A stretch of 64,000 bases of DNA. Origin: an uncultured SAR86 cluster bacterium. GTDB taxonomy: Bacteria > Pseudomonadota > Gammaproteobacteria > Magnimaribacterales > D2472. A program made the translations under genes and the position numbers. Positions within the stretch are counted from its first letter, which is position 1. The number at the start of each line of letters is the position of its first letter. The notes beneath the pieces are model-generated. The model ran no database searches. It was not told the DNA's origin and saw only the letters and a program-made list of their open reading frames with translations. This document shows positions 8,766-19,794 of this stretch, one piece after another. The stretch is from assembly GCA_902605165.1 (NCBI GenBank), contig CACLBJ010000004.1, forward strand, positions 33,874-97,873. The letters are read 5' to 3'.

Positions 8766-11300
8766 ATGGATTTTGCTAAAGAAATTCTTCCTATAAATAT
8801 TGAGGACGAATTAAAACAATCATATCTCAGCTATGCAATGAGCGTCATTCATGGAAGGGCACTTCCTGATGTTAGAGATGGTTTAAAACCCGTTCATAGA
8901 AGGATTCTTTATGCGATGCATGATTTAAAGAATAACTACAACAAGCCCTATAAAAAATCAGCCAGAGTTGTTGGCGATGTTATTGGTAAATATCATCCTC
9001 ATGGAGATACTGCAGCATATGATGCAATTGTTAGGATGGCTCAAGATTTCTCAATGAGATATACCCTAATACAGGGTCAGGGTAACTTTGGCTCTATAGA
9101 TGGTGACCCTCCAGCAGCTATGAGGTATACAGAAGTAAGAATGCAAAAAATCTCTGATGAGATTCTGGCAGATTTAGAAAAAGAAACGGTTTCATACTCA
9201 GAAAATTATGATGGCTCTGAACAAATGCCTGATGTAATGCCAACTAAAATACCAAATCTTTTAATTAATGGATCCTCAGGAATAGCAGTGGGGATGGCTA
9301 CAAATGTTCCTCCGCATAATCTTACTGAAGTTATAAATGGTTCCCTAAAGCTACTTGAGAACCCAAAACTATCTATTGATCAGATCATTGACTCAATTAG
9401 CGGTCCTGATTTCCCAACTGGGGGTATTATTGACGGGAAAATGGGTATCTACGAGGCATATAAAACTGGAAGAGGAATAATTTATGTCAGATCTAAATCA
9501 AAAGTAGAGGAAAGCAAAACTGGAAAGAAATCTCTTGTTATCTATGAAATACCTTTTATGGTAAATAAAGCTAGGACACTTGAAAAAATTGCAGAACTTG
9601 TCAAAGAGAAAAAGATTGATGGAATTAGTGAAATTAGAGATGAAAGCGATAAAGATGGGCTAAGAATAGTTATCGATGTAAAGAAGGGAGAGTCCGTTGA
9701 GGTTTTAGAAAATAATCTTTTTGCACAAACTCAGCTTGAACAATCATTTGGAATAAATTTTACCGTCTTAGTTGATGGTCAACCAAGAGTACTGAACCTA
9801 AAAGAAATTCTTCAAGAATTCCTAAAACATAGAAAAGACGTTGTTTTAAAAAGAACAAAATTCGAGCTCAGGAAGGCTAAAGAAAGAGGTCATATTGTAG
9901 AAGGTTTGATGGTTGCCATTGCTAACATTGATGAAATCATAAAGATTATTAAAAAATCAAAGGATCCAAAGATAGCAGCTCAAGAATTAGTCAAAAAGAA
10001 ATGGAAAGCTGGTCCTGTAGAAGCAATTCTCAAGAAAGTCGGAAAAGATGCATGCAAACCAAAGGGTCTAGCAAATAATGTTGGGCTAACAGGAAAATCT
10101 TATAAACTTTCTAACGATCAAGCAAAAGCCATTCTTGAATTAAGGCTTGGGAGACTAACAGGGCTTGAACAAGATAATCTATCAAGTGAATTTAGTTCCT
10201 TAATTAAAAAGATTACTTCGCTTCAAGAAATCGTTGACGATAAAGGCGTTCTTCAAAAAGTAATAGAAGATGAGCTTAATGAAATAAAAGAAACTTATGG
10301 TGATGACAGAAGAACAGATATAAATGACACCAGACAAGATATTTCAAATGAAGATTTAATACCAGAGGAAACAAGAGTACTAACAATATCAAGGACAGGA
10401 TACGCAAAAACTCAACCACTTGAAGAATATAGAGAACAAAGAAGAGGGGGTCAGGGCAAAGCCGCTGCCTCCGTTAAAGAAGAAGATGTTATTCAAAATC
10501 TTTATGTATTAAGCAGTCATGCACAAATGCTTTGTTTTACAACAAAGGGCAAGGTTTACTGGTTAAAGGTTTATGAAGTTCCTGTTGCAAGCAGAACATC
10601 AAAAGGAAGACCTCTTGTGAACATGCTTAATCTAGATGATGACGAAAAGGTTAGTGATATTTTACCTGTTGATGAGTTTTCAGAGGATAGATATGTTTTC
10701 ATGGCAACTAAAAAGGGAACAACTAAAAAAACACAACTAAGTTTTTTTGCAAAGAAATATAAATCAGGCATTAAAGCAATTAATTTAGACTCTGATGATG
10801 AGCTTATTGGTTCAGCAATTACAAATGGAGATGATGAAATACTTTTGGCTTCCTCAGCTGGAAAGTTAATAAGATTTTCAGAGAAGAAAGTAAGGCCAAT
10901 GGGCAGAACAGCTAGAGGCGTTAGGGGAATGCGTATCAAAAAAGATCAACAGATTATCTCTTTAATGGTTGCAAATAATGAAAAAGAAATTCTATGTGTT
11001 TCTGAGAATGGGTTTGGTAAAAAGACATCAGTTGATGATTTCCCAACACATAATCGGGGAGGTCAGGGTGTAATTTCTATCAAAACCAGCGAAAGAAATG
11101 GACTAATGGTTGCATCAACTCTCGTTGATAATAATGACGGAATAATGCTTATAAGTGATAAAGGCACGATGATTAGAACCTCTGCAGAACAAATACCAAC
11201 TATTAGCAGAAATACTCAAGGCGTAAAAATAATTTCTCCAAAGGAGGGTGAGAAAATCCTTGAATGTGTAAGGATAGATCCTGAAGAAGAGGAAGAATGA
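8766..11300 (+). CDS. gyrA: DNA gyrase subunit A
   Basis: [21 protein letters not shown], catalytic AAMRYTE, GyrA box QRRGGQG and C-terminal pinwheel repeats. Confidence 0.99.
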   Translation: MDFAKEILPINIEDELKQSYLSYAMSVIHGRALPDVRDGLKPVHRRILYAMHDLKNNYNKPYKKSARVVGDVIGKYHPHGDTAAYDAIVRMAQDFSMRYTLIQGQGNFGSIDGDPPAAMRYTEVRMQKISDEILADLEKETVSYSENYDGSEQMPDVMPTKIPNLLINGSSGIAVGMATNVPPHNLTEVINGSLKLLENPKLSIDQIIDSISGPDFPTGGIIDGKMGIYEAYKTGRGIIYVRSKSKVEESKTGKKSLVIYEIPFMVNKARTLEKIAELVKEKKIDGISEIRDESDKDGLRIVIDVKKGESVEVLENNLFAQTQLEQSFGINFTVLVDGQPRVLNLKEILQEFLKHRKDVVLKRTKFELRKAKERGHIVEGLMVAIANIDEIIKIIKKSKDPKIAAQELVKKKWKAGPVEAILKKVGKDACKPKGLANNVGLTGKSYKLSNDQAKAILELRLGRLTGLEQDNLSSEFSSLIKKITSLQEIVDDKGVLQKVIEDELNEIKETYGDDRRTDINDTRQDISNEDLIPEETRVLTISRTGYAKTQPLEEYREQRRGGQGKAAASVKEEDVIQNLYVLSSHAQMLCFTTKGKVYWLKVYEVPVASRTSKGRPLVNMLNLDDDEKVSDILPVDEFSEDRYVFMATKKGTTKKTQLSFFAKKYKSGIKAINLDSDDELIGSAITNGDDEILLASSAGKLIRFSEKKVRPMGRTARGVRGMRIKKDQQIISLMVANNEKEILCVSENGFGKKTSVDDFPTHNRGGQGVISIKTSERNGLMVASTLVDNNDGIMLISDKGTMIRTSAEQIPTISRNTQGVKIISPKEGEKILECVRIDPEEEEE

Positions 11301-12385
11301 GGAAGTGGAATTTTTGTGCTGGTCCTGCAGCAATTCCTGAAGAAGTATTAAGAGATGCAAAAAATGAACTCTTGGAGTGGAACCTCTCTGGTTCTTCAGT
11401 AATGGAAGTGAGTCATAGGTCTAATTTATTTGCTGAAGTCGCAGCTTCGTCAATGAGAGACATAAAAGCTCTTTTAAATATTGGAGACGACCATGAAGTT
11501 CTTTTTCTGCAAGGCGGAGCAACTCTTCAATTTACATCTGTTCCACTAAACTTCACCAAAAAGAGTTCTATTGTTAGCTATCTAAATACTGGGTTATGGT
11601 CAAAAAAGGCTATTAAGGCTGCATCAAAATATGCATCAGTTAATGTTGTCGCGTCATCAGAGGAATCAAACTTTACATTTGTGCCTAATATTCAAGAATG
11701 GAAAGTAGATCCAGATAGTATTTATTTTCATTATGTTATGAATGAAACAATACAGGGGCTTGTAATACGAGATCCAATCTCATCTGAGATACCTGTTATT
11801 TGTGATATGTCCTCATGCATACTAAGTGAAGAAGTTAATTTTAATAATCTTGACCTTGTATATGCAGGTGCTCAAAAGAATATTGGCCCTGCTGGATTAA
11901 CTTTAGTGATCATAAAAAAAGATTTTTTAGAGAAAGCTAATGAAGATATTCCTGATATTCTTAGCTATAAAAAAAATAGTCAGGCAGGCTCCATGTTGAA
12001 CACTCCACCTACTTTTGCATGGTATCTTGCAGGCAAAGTATTTAAATGGCTTTTAAAAAAAGGTGGAGTAAAAGGCATTCAAAAAGAAAATGAAAAAAAA
12101 GCAAAGTTCCTATATGACTTTATAGATTCTTCTTCTTTTTACTCAAATCCAGTTGAGAAAGAACATAGATCAATGATGAATGTTCCTTTCCTTCTTAATG
12201 ATAAAAATGCTGACTCTTCATTTCTAGAAAAGTCAGAAATGAATGGCCTCTTAAATTTAAAGGGTCACAGATCAGTTGGAGGTATGCGCGCAAGTATATA
12301 TAATGCTACTCCGTTTGAAGCTGTGGAGGATTTAGTTTCTTTCATGAGTGATTTTGAGAGAAGCTATAATGGGAATGGGAAATAA
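11297..12385 (+). CDS. serC: Phosphoserine aminotransferase
   Basis: [43 protein letters not shown]. Confidence 0.97.
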   Translation: MRKWNFCAGPAAIPEEVLRDAKNELLEWNLSGSSVMEVSHRSNLFAEVAASSMRDIKALLNIGDDHEVLFLQGGATLQFTSVPLNFTKKSSIVSYLNTGLWSKKAIKAASKYASVNVVASSEESNFTFVPNIQEWKVDPDSIYFHYVMNETIQGLVIRDPISSEIPVICDMSSCILSEEVNFNNLDLVYAGAQKNIGPAGLTLVIIKKDFLEKANEDIPDILSYKKNSQAGSMLNTPPTFAWYLAGKVFKWLLKKGGVKGIQKENEKKAKFLYDFIDSSSFYSNPVEKEHRSMMNVPFLLNDKNADSSFLEKSEMNGLLNLKGHRSVGGMRASIYNATPFEAVEDLVSFMSDFERSYNGNGK

Positions 12386-13457
12386 AGTAAAAGAGCTAAG
12401 AGATAAAATAGATGAAATCGATCTCAAAATACTTGATTTAATTCAATCAAGAGCTATTCATGCTTCCAAAATAGGCGAAATTAAAAAAGAATCTCCTGAT
12501 TTCGATGGAATTTTTTATAAACCAGAAAGGGAGAAAGAAATAATTGATAGGCTAACTCAAAGAAATGAGGGGCCGCTAAAAATTAATAATTTAAGAAATA
12601 TCTTTAAAGAAATTATTTCTGCATGTCTTTCGATTGAAGGCGAACTATCAATATCATATCTAGGTCCTGAGGGGAGTTTTTCAGATTCTGCTAAAAAAGA
12701 TCATTTTGGAAGCTCTATTACCTCACAGTCAGAAAGCACAATTGAGGGAATATTCAAGAGCGTTGAGGTGGGAGCTACAAATTTTGGCATAGTTCCTTTT
12801 GAGAACTCCTCTCAAGGAGTAATAAACACAACCCTTAATTGCTTATCAGACTTCAATGTTCAAATTTGCGGAGAGACTATCGTTAATATTGAACATCATC
12901 TTGCGGGTAAAAAAGATATTGAATTTTCTCAAATCAAGAAAGTAGTTTCTCATCCACAAGCCCTTGGACAGTGCTCAAAATGGGTTGATAAAAATTTTGG
13001 AGATATTAGCCAAGTTCCAATGAATAGCACAGCAGAAGCAGCAAAGTTTGTAAGTAATAATGATAACTGTGTTGCGATTGTCAGTGATTTAGCCATAGAA
13101 AAATATCAATTACATTGTCTTGCAAGATCAATTCAGGATTTTCAAGACAATCAAACTAGATTTCTTGTAATAGGGAATTTTGAACCAGAAACTGCTAAAA
13201 AAAATAAGTCTAGTTTTTTGATTAGGACTGAAAATAAACCCGGAGCTCTTTTAGAAATACTCAAGCCATTTAATGAACACAATATAAATCTTTTTAGAAT
13301 TGAAACCAGGCCCTCAAGATCAGATAGAGGCTCTCATGATTTCTTTATTGATAGTGAAGGACATATCGATGAAAAAGAAATGCAACTAGTTATAAAAAAA
13401 GTAAAAGATGTGAGCAGCTTTGTGAAAGTTCTTGGATCATACCCTATGCATTCATGA
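12348..13457 (+). CDS. pheA: Chorismate mutase / prephenate dehydratase (P-protein)
   Basis: N-terminal AroQ LRDKIDEID, YLGPEGSFS, SHPQALGQC, NQTRF, ACT IETRPS. Real start is probably ATG 12369 or 12375. Confidence 0.95.
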   Translation: MILREAIMGMGNKVKELRDKIDEIDLKILDLIQSRAIHASKIGEIKKESPDFDGIFYKPEREKEIIDRLTQRNEGPLKINNLRNIFKEIISACLSIEGELSISYLGPEGSFSDSAKKDHFGSSITSQSESTIEGIFKSVEVGATNFGIVPFENSSQGVINTTLNCLSDFNVQICGETIVNIEHHLAGKKDIEFSQIKKVVSHPQALGQCSKWVDKNFGDISQVPMNSTAEAAKFVSNNDNCVAIVSDLAIEKYQLHCLARSIQDFQDNQTRFLVIGNFEPETAKKNKSSFLIRTENKPGALLEILKPFNEHNINLFRIETRPSRSDRGSHDFFIDSEGHIDEKEMQLVIKKVKDVSSFVKVLGSYPMHS

Positions 13458-14281
13458 AGAGTATTTTAATTTTAGGTTTAGGTTTAATTGGTGGTTCTCT
13501 TGCAAAAGCCATAAAAGAGAGTGAGCTTGAATATCGTATCCATGCTTATGATCCAGATCAATTAAGCCTTGAAAATGCATTAAATGATAAATCAATTGAT
13601 AAAGCTGTTGATCAAATAGAGACAATTCTCCAAATAGAAGATCTGTCATTGATCATGCTTTGTTCACCTATTGATAAAACAATTGAAAACTTAAAATTTT
13701 TGAAAGCTATAGATGAAAAAACCCTTTTTGTATCTCTAGCAAGCTCCTTATCCTCAATAAATGACTTTGTCGAATCAGAGGGCATAAAAAATATTATATT
13801 TACGCACCCAATTTCGGGCTCACATAATTCAGGTTATGAAAATGCGTCCCCAAATTTGTTTAATCAAAAAAATGTCATAAGAGTTAATGTAAACGATCTT
13901 CAAGAAAATCAGACTCATGAAATAGAAAAGATTTGGTCTTCTATTGGATCAAATATTATCAATATGTCACTTGATGATCATGAAAGATTTTTAATGTTTA
14001 CCAGTCATTTACCGCATTTAATTGCATACACAACAATGCTTTCAATAGATGACGAGGTAGATATTTCTAAATATTCAGCTGGAGGCTTAAAAGAATTCTT
14101 GAGAATTGCAGAATCTAATCCTGATCTGTGGGCAGATATTTTTTCATCAAATTCAAAAAATTTAAAAGTTGGCTCAGAAATTTTCATCAATAATCTATAT
14201 AGAATTATTGATTTGTTTAAAGACCCTGAAACTCTCAAAGAATTACTAGCTGAAATAAGAAACAAAAAACAAAAATTGTGA
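13454..14281 (+). CDS. tyrA: Prephenate/cyclohexadienyl dehydrogenase
   Basis: GLGLIGGSLA, HPISGS, SHLPHL, RIAESNPDLWADIF. Confidence 0.9.
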   Translation: MKSILILGLGLIGGSLAKAIKESELEYRIHAYDPDQLSLENALNDKSIDKAVDQIETILQIEDLSLIMLCSPIDKTIENLKFLKAIDEKTLFVSLASSLSSINDFVESEGIKNIIFTHPISGSHNSGYENASPNLFNQKNVIRVNVNDLQENQTHEIEKIWSSIGSNIINMSLDDHERFLMFTSHLPHLIAYTTMLSIDDEVDISKYSAGGLKEFLRIAESNPDLWADIFSSNSKNLKVGSEIFINNLYRIIDLFKDPETLKELLAEIRNKKQKL

Positions 14282-15591
14282 AAGCATCCTCAAAAAAATC
14301 GAATAATTTACAAGGTACAGTTACCTGTCCGGGAGATAAGTCTATTTCACAGAGATCTGTGATAATTGGCTCTTTACTTGATGAAGATATTCAAATAAGC
14401 GGGTTTCTATTTGCTGAAGATCCTTTGTCTACCATTGTCGCTTTAAGAAATTTAGGTCATGAAATTGAAATCGACAATGACATAGTTTCGGTTAAGAATT
14501 CTAGGAAGAATATTTCTGATCAAAAAGTTTCTTGCAATTTAGGTAACTCTGGAACAGGATTTAGATTAATTTCAGGTTTGATTGCTGGACAAGAAATAGA
14601 TGCCGAACTCACAGGCGATGATTCTTTAAGTAAGCGTCCAATGAACAGGATAATAAAACCTTTAAATGAAATGGGTGCCAAGATCGAATCTAACAAAGGC
14701 TGTGCCCCATTAACTTTTAATAAGAGCCAGCTGGTAAAAGAATTCCTATATGAAATGCCAATTGCCAGCGCTCAACTTAAATCATGTCTTCTGTTAGCGG
14801 CTATTTCATCAAATATGAAGTTAACTTTACATGAGAATAAAGTTTCTAGAGACCATACCGAAAGGATGCTTAAATATTTTGGAGCAAATATAACTACAAA
14901 AAAATATGAAGGCATGCAAGATATCATTCTTGATACTAATAATAAACTCGAAGCAAAAGATTATTCAGTGGTTGGAGATTTTTCCTCAGCATCATTTTTA
15001 ATAGTGGCTGCACTAATAACTAAAGATAGTTCAATTACAATTAAGAATGTTGGAATTAATGAGACAAGATTCACATTATTAGAAATCCTCATAAAAATGG
15101 GCTCAAATATTAATATTAAAAACCATTCAATTTGTTGTGGTGAAAAGGTGGCAGATATTGAAGTTTCTTCTTCTACTTTAACTGGGATAAGTATTGATGA
15201 GGAGTCTATTCCTAAAATTATTGATGAAATTCCGATTTTATCTATTGCGGCAAGCTTTGCTGAGGGTGAAACATCTATAACTGGTGCTGGTGAGTTGAGA
15301 TTTAAAGAATCTGATAGGCTTATGGCTATTGAAGAGGGATTAAATAAGTTAGGCGTAAGTTATAAATCATCAGATGACAGTATTGTAATTATGGGAAATA
15401 GAGATCTAAATATCTCAAAAGAAGTCAATATTGAATCTTTTGGTGATCACAGAATCGCTATGAGTTTTTTAATTGCTGGATTAAGATTTGATTCAGAAGT
15501 GCATGTAAATGATTGCAAAAATATTGATACATCCTTTCCAAGCTTTTTTGAAACCTTCTCGTCTTTAGGGGCAGATATAAAAACAATATGA
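14278..15591 (+). CDS. aroA: EPSP synthase
   Basis: PGDKSISQR, GNSGT, SAQLKS, RDHTE, ELRFKESDR, DHRIAM. Confidence 0.97.
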   Translation: MKASSKKSNNLQGTVTCPGDKSISQRSVIIGSLLDEDIQISGFLFAEDPLSTIVALRNLGHEIEIDNDIVSVKNSRKNISDQKVSCNLGNSGTGFRLISGLIAGQEIDAELTGDDSLSKRPMNRIIKPLNEMGAKIESNKGCAPLTFNKSQLVKEFLYEMPIASAQLKSCLLLAAISSNMKLTLHENKVSRDHTERMLKYFGANITTKKYEGMQDIILDTNNKLEAKDYSVVGDFSSASFLIVAALITKDSSITIKNVGINETRFTLLEILIKMGSNINIKNHSICCGEKVADIEVSSSTLTGISIDEESIPKIIDEIPILSIAASFAEGETSITGAGELRFKESDRLMAIEEGLNKLGVSYKSSDDSIVIMGNRDLNISKEVNIESFGDHRIAMSFLIAGLRFDSEVHVNDCKNIDTSFPSFFETFSSLGADIKTI

Positions 15592-16241
15592 ATAAGGTAA
15601 TAACTATTGACGGACCTTCAGCATCAGGAAAAGGTACTTTAGCAATCTTATTGGCAGAAAGATTGAATTGGAAAATACTAGATAGTGGGGCTTTATATAG
15701 GGCTTTTGCATATTTCTCAATAAGCGAAAATGATCAGAAATTAATTGAACAAAATTTAAGGAAGATCAGCTTTAATATCGCTGATAACAGCATTCAAGTC
15801 CTATTTGAAAATGAAGATATCTCAGGGCATCTAAGAACTGAAGAGACAGCCATTCAGGCATCGAAAATAAGCTCTTTGCCATCAACAAGGGAAATACTTC
15901 TTCCTATTCAAAGATTCTTTTCAGAAACAAGTAATCTTATTGCAGATGGAAGAGATATGGGGAGTGTAGTTTTTCCTAATGCAAATTTTAAATTTTTCCT
16001 TGATGCAGCTCCTGAAGTGAGAGCAAAAAGAAGGTATTTAGAGTTGCAGAAAAGGGGACAAGAAGTTAATATGCACGACCTAATAAATGATATTGTTGAA
16101 AGAGACAAAAAAGATAGAACAAGAGAATTGTCTCCACTGATTAAAACAGAAGATTCTATATTATTAGATTCTACAAATTTAAATCAGGAATCTATATTAG
16201 CCGAGGCTCTTCAACATATTAAAGAAAGGAATATTTTATGA
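15588..16241 (+). CDS. cmk: Cytidylate kinase
   Basis: ITIDGPSASGKGT, LDSGALYR, DGRDMGSVVFP. Confidence 0.97.
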   Translation: MNKVITIDGPSASGKGTLAILLAERLNWKILDSGALYRAFAYFSISENDQKLIEQNLRKISFNIADNSIQVLFENEDISGHLRTEETAIQASKISSLPSTREILLPIQRFFSETSNLIADGRDMGSVVFPNANFKFFLDAAPEVRAKRRYLELQKRGQEVNMHDLINDIVERDKKDRTRELSPLIKTEDSILLDSTNLNQESILAEALQHIKERNIL

Positions 16242-17545
16242 GTGAATCTTTTGCAGACCTTTTAGACGAAAGCATTGCAAGTCTTGAAATGCAGCCTGGA
16301 TCAATAGTCTCCGGCGTTGTTTTGGATATAGATAAAAACTGGGTCACAGTTCATGTTGGTCTCAAATCTGAGGGTGTGATTTCAATTGATGAATTTAGAA
16401 CAAATGATGGCCAGTTAAATATTGAGGTTGGTGATCAAATCGAAGTTGCTTTAGAAGCCGTTGAAGATGGCTACGGTGAGACAAGAATCTCACGAGAGAA
16501 AGCAAGAAAAATATCTACTTGGAAAAATCTTGAACACGCTCTAGAAACTGGTGAATTTGTAACTGGTAAAATATTAAATCGAGTCAAAGGTGGTTTCGCA
16601 GTTGAGGTGGATGTAGTTAAAGCATTCTTACCAGGATCACTAGTAGACACTAGACCACTAAAAGAAGCTCCTAACATTGAAAACACTATTCAAGACTTCA
16701 AGGTTATTAAGCTAGATTACAAAAGAAATAACGTTGTTCTATCAAGAAAAGCTGTTCTAGAAGAAGCTAATTCTGCTGAGAAGTTAGAGCTGCTTAAAAA
16801 TTTAGAAGAGGGGCAAATAGTTAAAGGAATAGTCAAAAATATCACTGACTACGGCGCATTTATTGATCTTGGTGGACTTGATGGATTACTGCACATAACA
16901 GATATTTCATGGTCAAGAGTTATCAATCCAGCAGATTCACTTAATTTAGGTGAAGAGATCGAAGTTAAAGTGTTAAGTTTTGATAAAGAAAAGTTAAGAG
17001 TATCTCTTGGTTTAAAACAAATACTAAATGATCCTTGGGAAGAGATTGACTCCAAATATAGTTCAGGCGGTATTTATGAGGCAGTGGTTAGCAATGTTAC
17101 AGATTATGGTTGCTTTGCAGAGCTTGAACAAGGAATCGAAGGCTTGATTCACTTATCAGAGCTAGACTGGACGTCAAAAAATATACATCCTTCAAAAGTT
17201 GTTTCTCAAGCTGAAAAAATTAAAGTAATGATTTTAGAAATTGATAGAGAAAAAAGAAGAATATCTTTAGGGTTAAAGCAAACCAAACCAAACCCCTGGG
17301 TTGAATTTGATAATAAATATAATCTTGGTGACAATGTTGAAGGAGAAATCAAATCTATCACTGATTTTGGTATTTTTGTTGGCCTTGAAGGCAACATAGA
17401 TGGTTTAATTCATCTTTCAGATATTTCTGAGGAAGATAATGCCAAGGAAGCTTTAGAAAAATTCTCGAAAGGCGATAAAATTACATGCGTTATTTTTGGA
17501 ATTGATTCTGATAGAGAGAGAATTTCTCTTAAATTGAGTGAATAA
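16238..17545 (+). CDS. rpsA: 30S ribosomal protein S1 (short form, 435 aa)
   Basis: Tandem S1 domains (AFLPGSLVD, DYGAFIDLGGLDGLLHITD, DYGCFAELEQGIEGLIH, DFGIFVGLEGNIDGLIH). cmk-rpsA-ihfB synteny. Confidence 0.96.
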   Translation: MSESFADLLDESIASLEMQPGSIVSGVVLDIDKNWVTVHVGLKSEGVISIDEFRTNDGQLNIEVGDQIEVALEAVEDGYGETRISREKARKISTWKNLEHALETGEFVTGKILNRVKGGFAVEVDVVKAFLPGSLVDTRPLKEAPNIENTIQDFKVIKLDYKRNNVVLSRKAVLEEANSAEKLELLKNLEEGQIVKGIVKNITDYGAFIDLGGLDGLLHITDISWSRVINPADSLNLGEEIEVKVLSFDKEKLRVSLGLKQILNDPWEEIDSKYSSGGIYEAVVSNVTDYGCFAELEQGIEGLIHLSELDWTSKNIHPSKVVSQAEKIKVMILEIDREKRRISLGLKQTKPNPWVEFDNKYNLGDNVEGEIKSITDFGIFVGLEGNIDGLIHLSDISEEDNAKEALEKFSKGDKITCVIFGIDSDRERISLKLSE

Positions 17546-17831
17546 GAAATCAAATAAGCTTAATAGATCCGATATAGAAGCATATATTCAAAAACAACTT
17601 CCTCAAATTTCCAATAACCAAATAAAACTTTCAATAGATCTTATTATTAATCAAATAGTTGAAGCTGTTGCCATGGACGAAAAAGTAGAGATAAGAGGAT
17701 TTGGAACATTTTCTAAGAAGTATGTAAGACCTAGAAAATTTGTGAACCCTAAGACAAAAGAGGTCTCATATCTTGGAGAGACCGAAACTATACATTTTAA
17801 ACCCTCAAAAAAGCTGACAAAGATATTATGA
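17538..17831 (+). CDS. ihfB: Integration host factor beta subunit (divergent)
   Basis: VEIRGFGTF, NPKT and HFKPSK motifs, located after rpsA. Confidence 0.85.
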   Translation: MNKKSNKLNRSDIEAYIQKQLPQISNNQIKLSIDLIINQIVEAVAMDEKVEIRGFGTFSKKYVRPRKFVNPKTKEVSYLGETETIHFKPSKKLTKIL

Positions 17832-18478
17832 AAAAGAAATTAATAGTCGCTCTTGATTTTGATAGTGCTGAGTTAGCATTAAATTTTTTAGAAAATTTAG
17901 ATCCGCAAAAGTGCTTAGTAAAAGTTGGATTAGAGCTTTTTATCTCGGAAGGGTGGAAAGTATTAGACTTAATTTCAGAAAAGGGATTTGAAATCTTCCT
18001 TGATCTTAAGCTACATGATATTCCCAATACAGTGGCAAATTCTATTAGAAAGATTTCCAATTTTAATGTTGCTCTTACTACAATTCATCTTAATGGCGGT
18101 AAAGATATGCTTGAAGCAGCCTCTTCAGAAAAAGGGGATGTAAAAATTCTTGGAGTTAGCATACTTACAAGCCTATCTGGAGACGATATTTTTGAAATAA
18201 CTCATACAGAATTCGATACTTATTTTAATAATTTAATATCTATTGCTTCTAGCACGAATATTGATGGAGTAGTTTGTTCCCCAAATGAACTCGATAAACT
18301 AAATAACTTTAATAAACTTAAGGTTGTTCCTGGCATAAGAAATGATATTTTAGATGATGATCAGAAAAGAGTGATGAGTCCTTTCGAAGCCTATAAAAAG
18401 GGTGCTGATTTTATTGTTGTTGGAAGACCTATAACTAAATCAGAGAACCCAAGAAAAGCTTTGGAGCTTTTCTTATGA
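17828..18478 (+). CDS. pyrF: Orotidine 5'-phosphate decarboxylase
   Basis: IVALD, FLDLKLHDIPNTV, VPGIR, DDQKR, VVGRPI. Confidence 0.97.
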   Translation: MKKKLIVALDFDSAELALNFLENLDPQKCLVKVGLELFISEGWKVLDLISEKGFEIFLDLKLHDIPNTVANSIRKISNFNVALTTIHLNGGKDMLEAASSEKGDVKILGVSILTSLSGDDIFEITHTEFDTYFNNLISIASSTNIDGVVCSPNELDKLNNFNKLKVVPGIRNDILDDDQKRVMSPFEAYKKGADFIVVGRPITKSENPRKALELFL

Positions 18479-19791
18479 AATTTAACTCATTTATTGAAAG
18501 CTTAAGAGAAAAAGGTGACTCTCAATTTAGTGACAATCAATTATCAACTGATGTAATTTCCATAGATCAGATGTCTCATCCAATTAATAATGATACAAGG
18601 AAGATGTTTTATAAATATGCTGCAGTAAAGGAAGTAATTCAAAAATTTAACAATATTGTTATTGGAGAAATAGCTAACTTTACAGAAAAAAAATCAGTAA
18701 CTCATTTTGAATATAAAAAAGGAAATAAAAAAAACTTTGTAGAAGACCAGAGGAATATCTTATCTATAGCAAAAAAAATCAGAAGAAATTTTAAAAGAGT
18801 TATTATTTTTAGTATCGGTGGATCGAATCTTGGGCCATCGTTAATGAATGATATTTTTAATGAGAATGATTTAGAAATCATCTTCATAACAGGAAGCGAT
18901 CCTGATGAATATTCTAGTATCCAAATACAAGAAGATGATGCTCTAGTTATCGCTTCAAAGTCTTTTGGGACGTTAGAAACACTATCATCATACAAGGAGG
19001 TTTGCGGTAATAATTTTTATCATAATACTTTTGCAATTACAGCAAACAAATCTGTAGCCTTAGATTTTGGTGTTTATGAAGAAAATATTATCTCTTTCGA
19101 CTCCTCAACAGGAGGAAGATTTTCAATTTGGAGCCCAATAAATCTAGTTTTATGTTTATTAGAGGGAGAGAGGGGATATAAAGATTTTTTGCAGGGCGGC
19201 AAGGAAATGGATAACGCATGCTTAAAAAGCCCAGAAGATAATCCAGCTTTCCAGCTTTCGGTTCAAGATATTATTTATAACAATTTATTAAACGTAGAAA
19301 CAACCCTTGTAGCGAACTATGACTATAAACTTAGAAATTTTATAAGGTTTGCACAACAGGTTGAAATGGAATCAAATGGAAAAAGCATTAATTCAAGCAA
19401 CAATAAAGTTGATTATCAAACTGGATCAATTATTTGGGGTGGTTATGGCCCTGAATCACAACACTCATTCTTCCAACATGTGTTTCAAGGAACAAAGCAA
19501 TCAAATAAATATTTTATTTGCTCTCAGTCCAATAAGCTTAACTACAAACAGATGGTTGCACAAATTGAATCCTTAGTTCAAGGGAATGAGCAAGAAACAG
19601 ACATTCATAAAAAAACAAATACTTCTGGAGCTACCAAAATTGAGCTTAAAGATTTATCTCCTTATTCAATAGGGCAGCTATTATCTCTATGGGAAAATAA
19701 AACTATCTTCAATAGTATTTTTTGGAATACAAATGCATTTGACCAATGGGGTGTCGAATTAGGTAAAATTAATACCAAAAAGCAATTGTAA
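18475..19791 (+). CDS. pgi: Glucose-6-phosphate isomerase (shortened)
   Basis: IGGSNLGP, SKSFGTLET, GGRFSIWS, QQVEMESNGK, FDQWGVELGK. Confidence 0.92.
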   Translation: MKFNSFIESLREKGDSQFSDNQLSTDVISIDQMSHPINNDTRKMFYKYAAVKEVIQKFNNIVIGEIANFTEKKSVTHFEYKKGNKKNFVEDQRNILSIAKKIRRNFKRVIIFSIGGSNLGPSLMNDIFNENDLEIIFITGSDPDEYSSIQIQEDDALVIASKSFGTLETLSSYKEVCGNNFYHNTFAITANKSVALDFGVYEENIISFDSSTGGRFSIWSPINLVLCLLEGERGYKDFLQGGKEMDNACLKSPEDNPAFQLSVQDIIYNNLLNVETTLVANYDYKLRNFIRFAQQVEMESNGKSINSSNNKVDYQTGSIIWGGYGPESQHSFFQHVFQGTKQSNKYFICSQSNKLNYKQMVAQIESLVQGNEQETDIHKKTNTSGATKIELKDLSPYSIGQLLSLWENKTIFNSIFWNTNAFDQWGVELGKINTKKQL

Positions 19792-19794
19792 GAT

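Noticed and set aside
8990-9040. Quinolone-resistance allele in gyrA (Thr at the Ser83-equivalent position)
   Set aside because: Thr here is wild type in many gammaproteobacteria such as Pseudomonas. No intein or disruption was seen.
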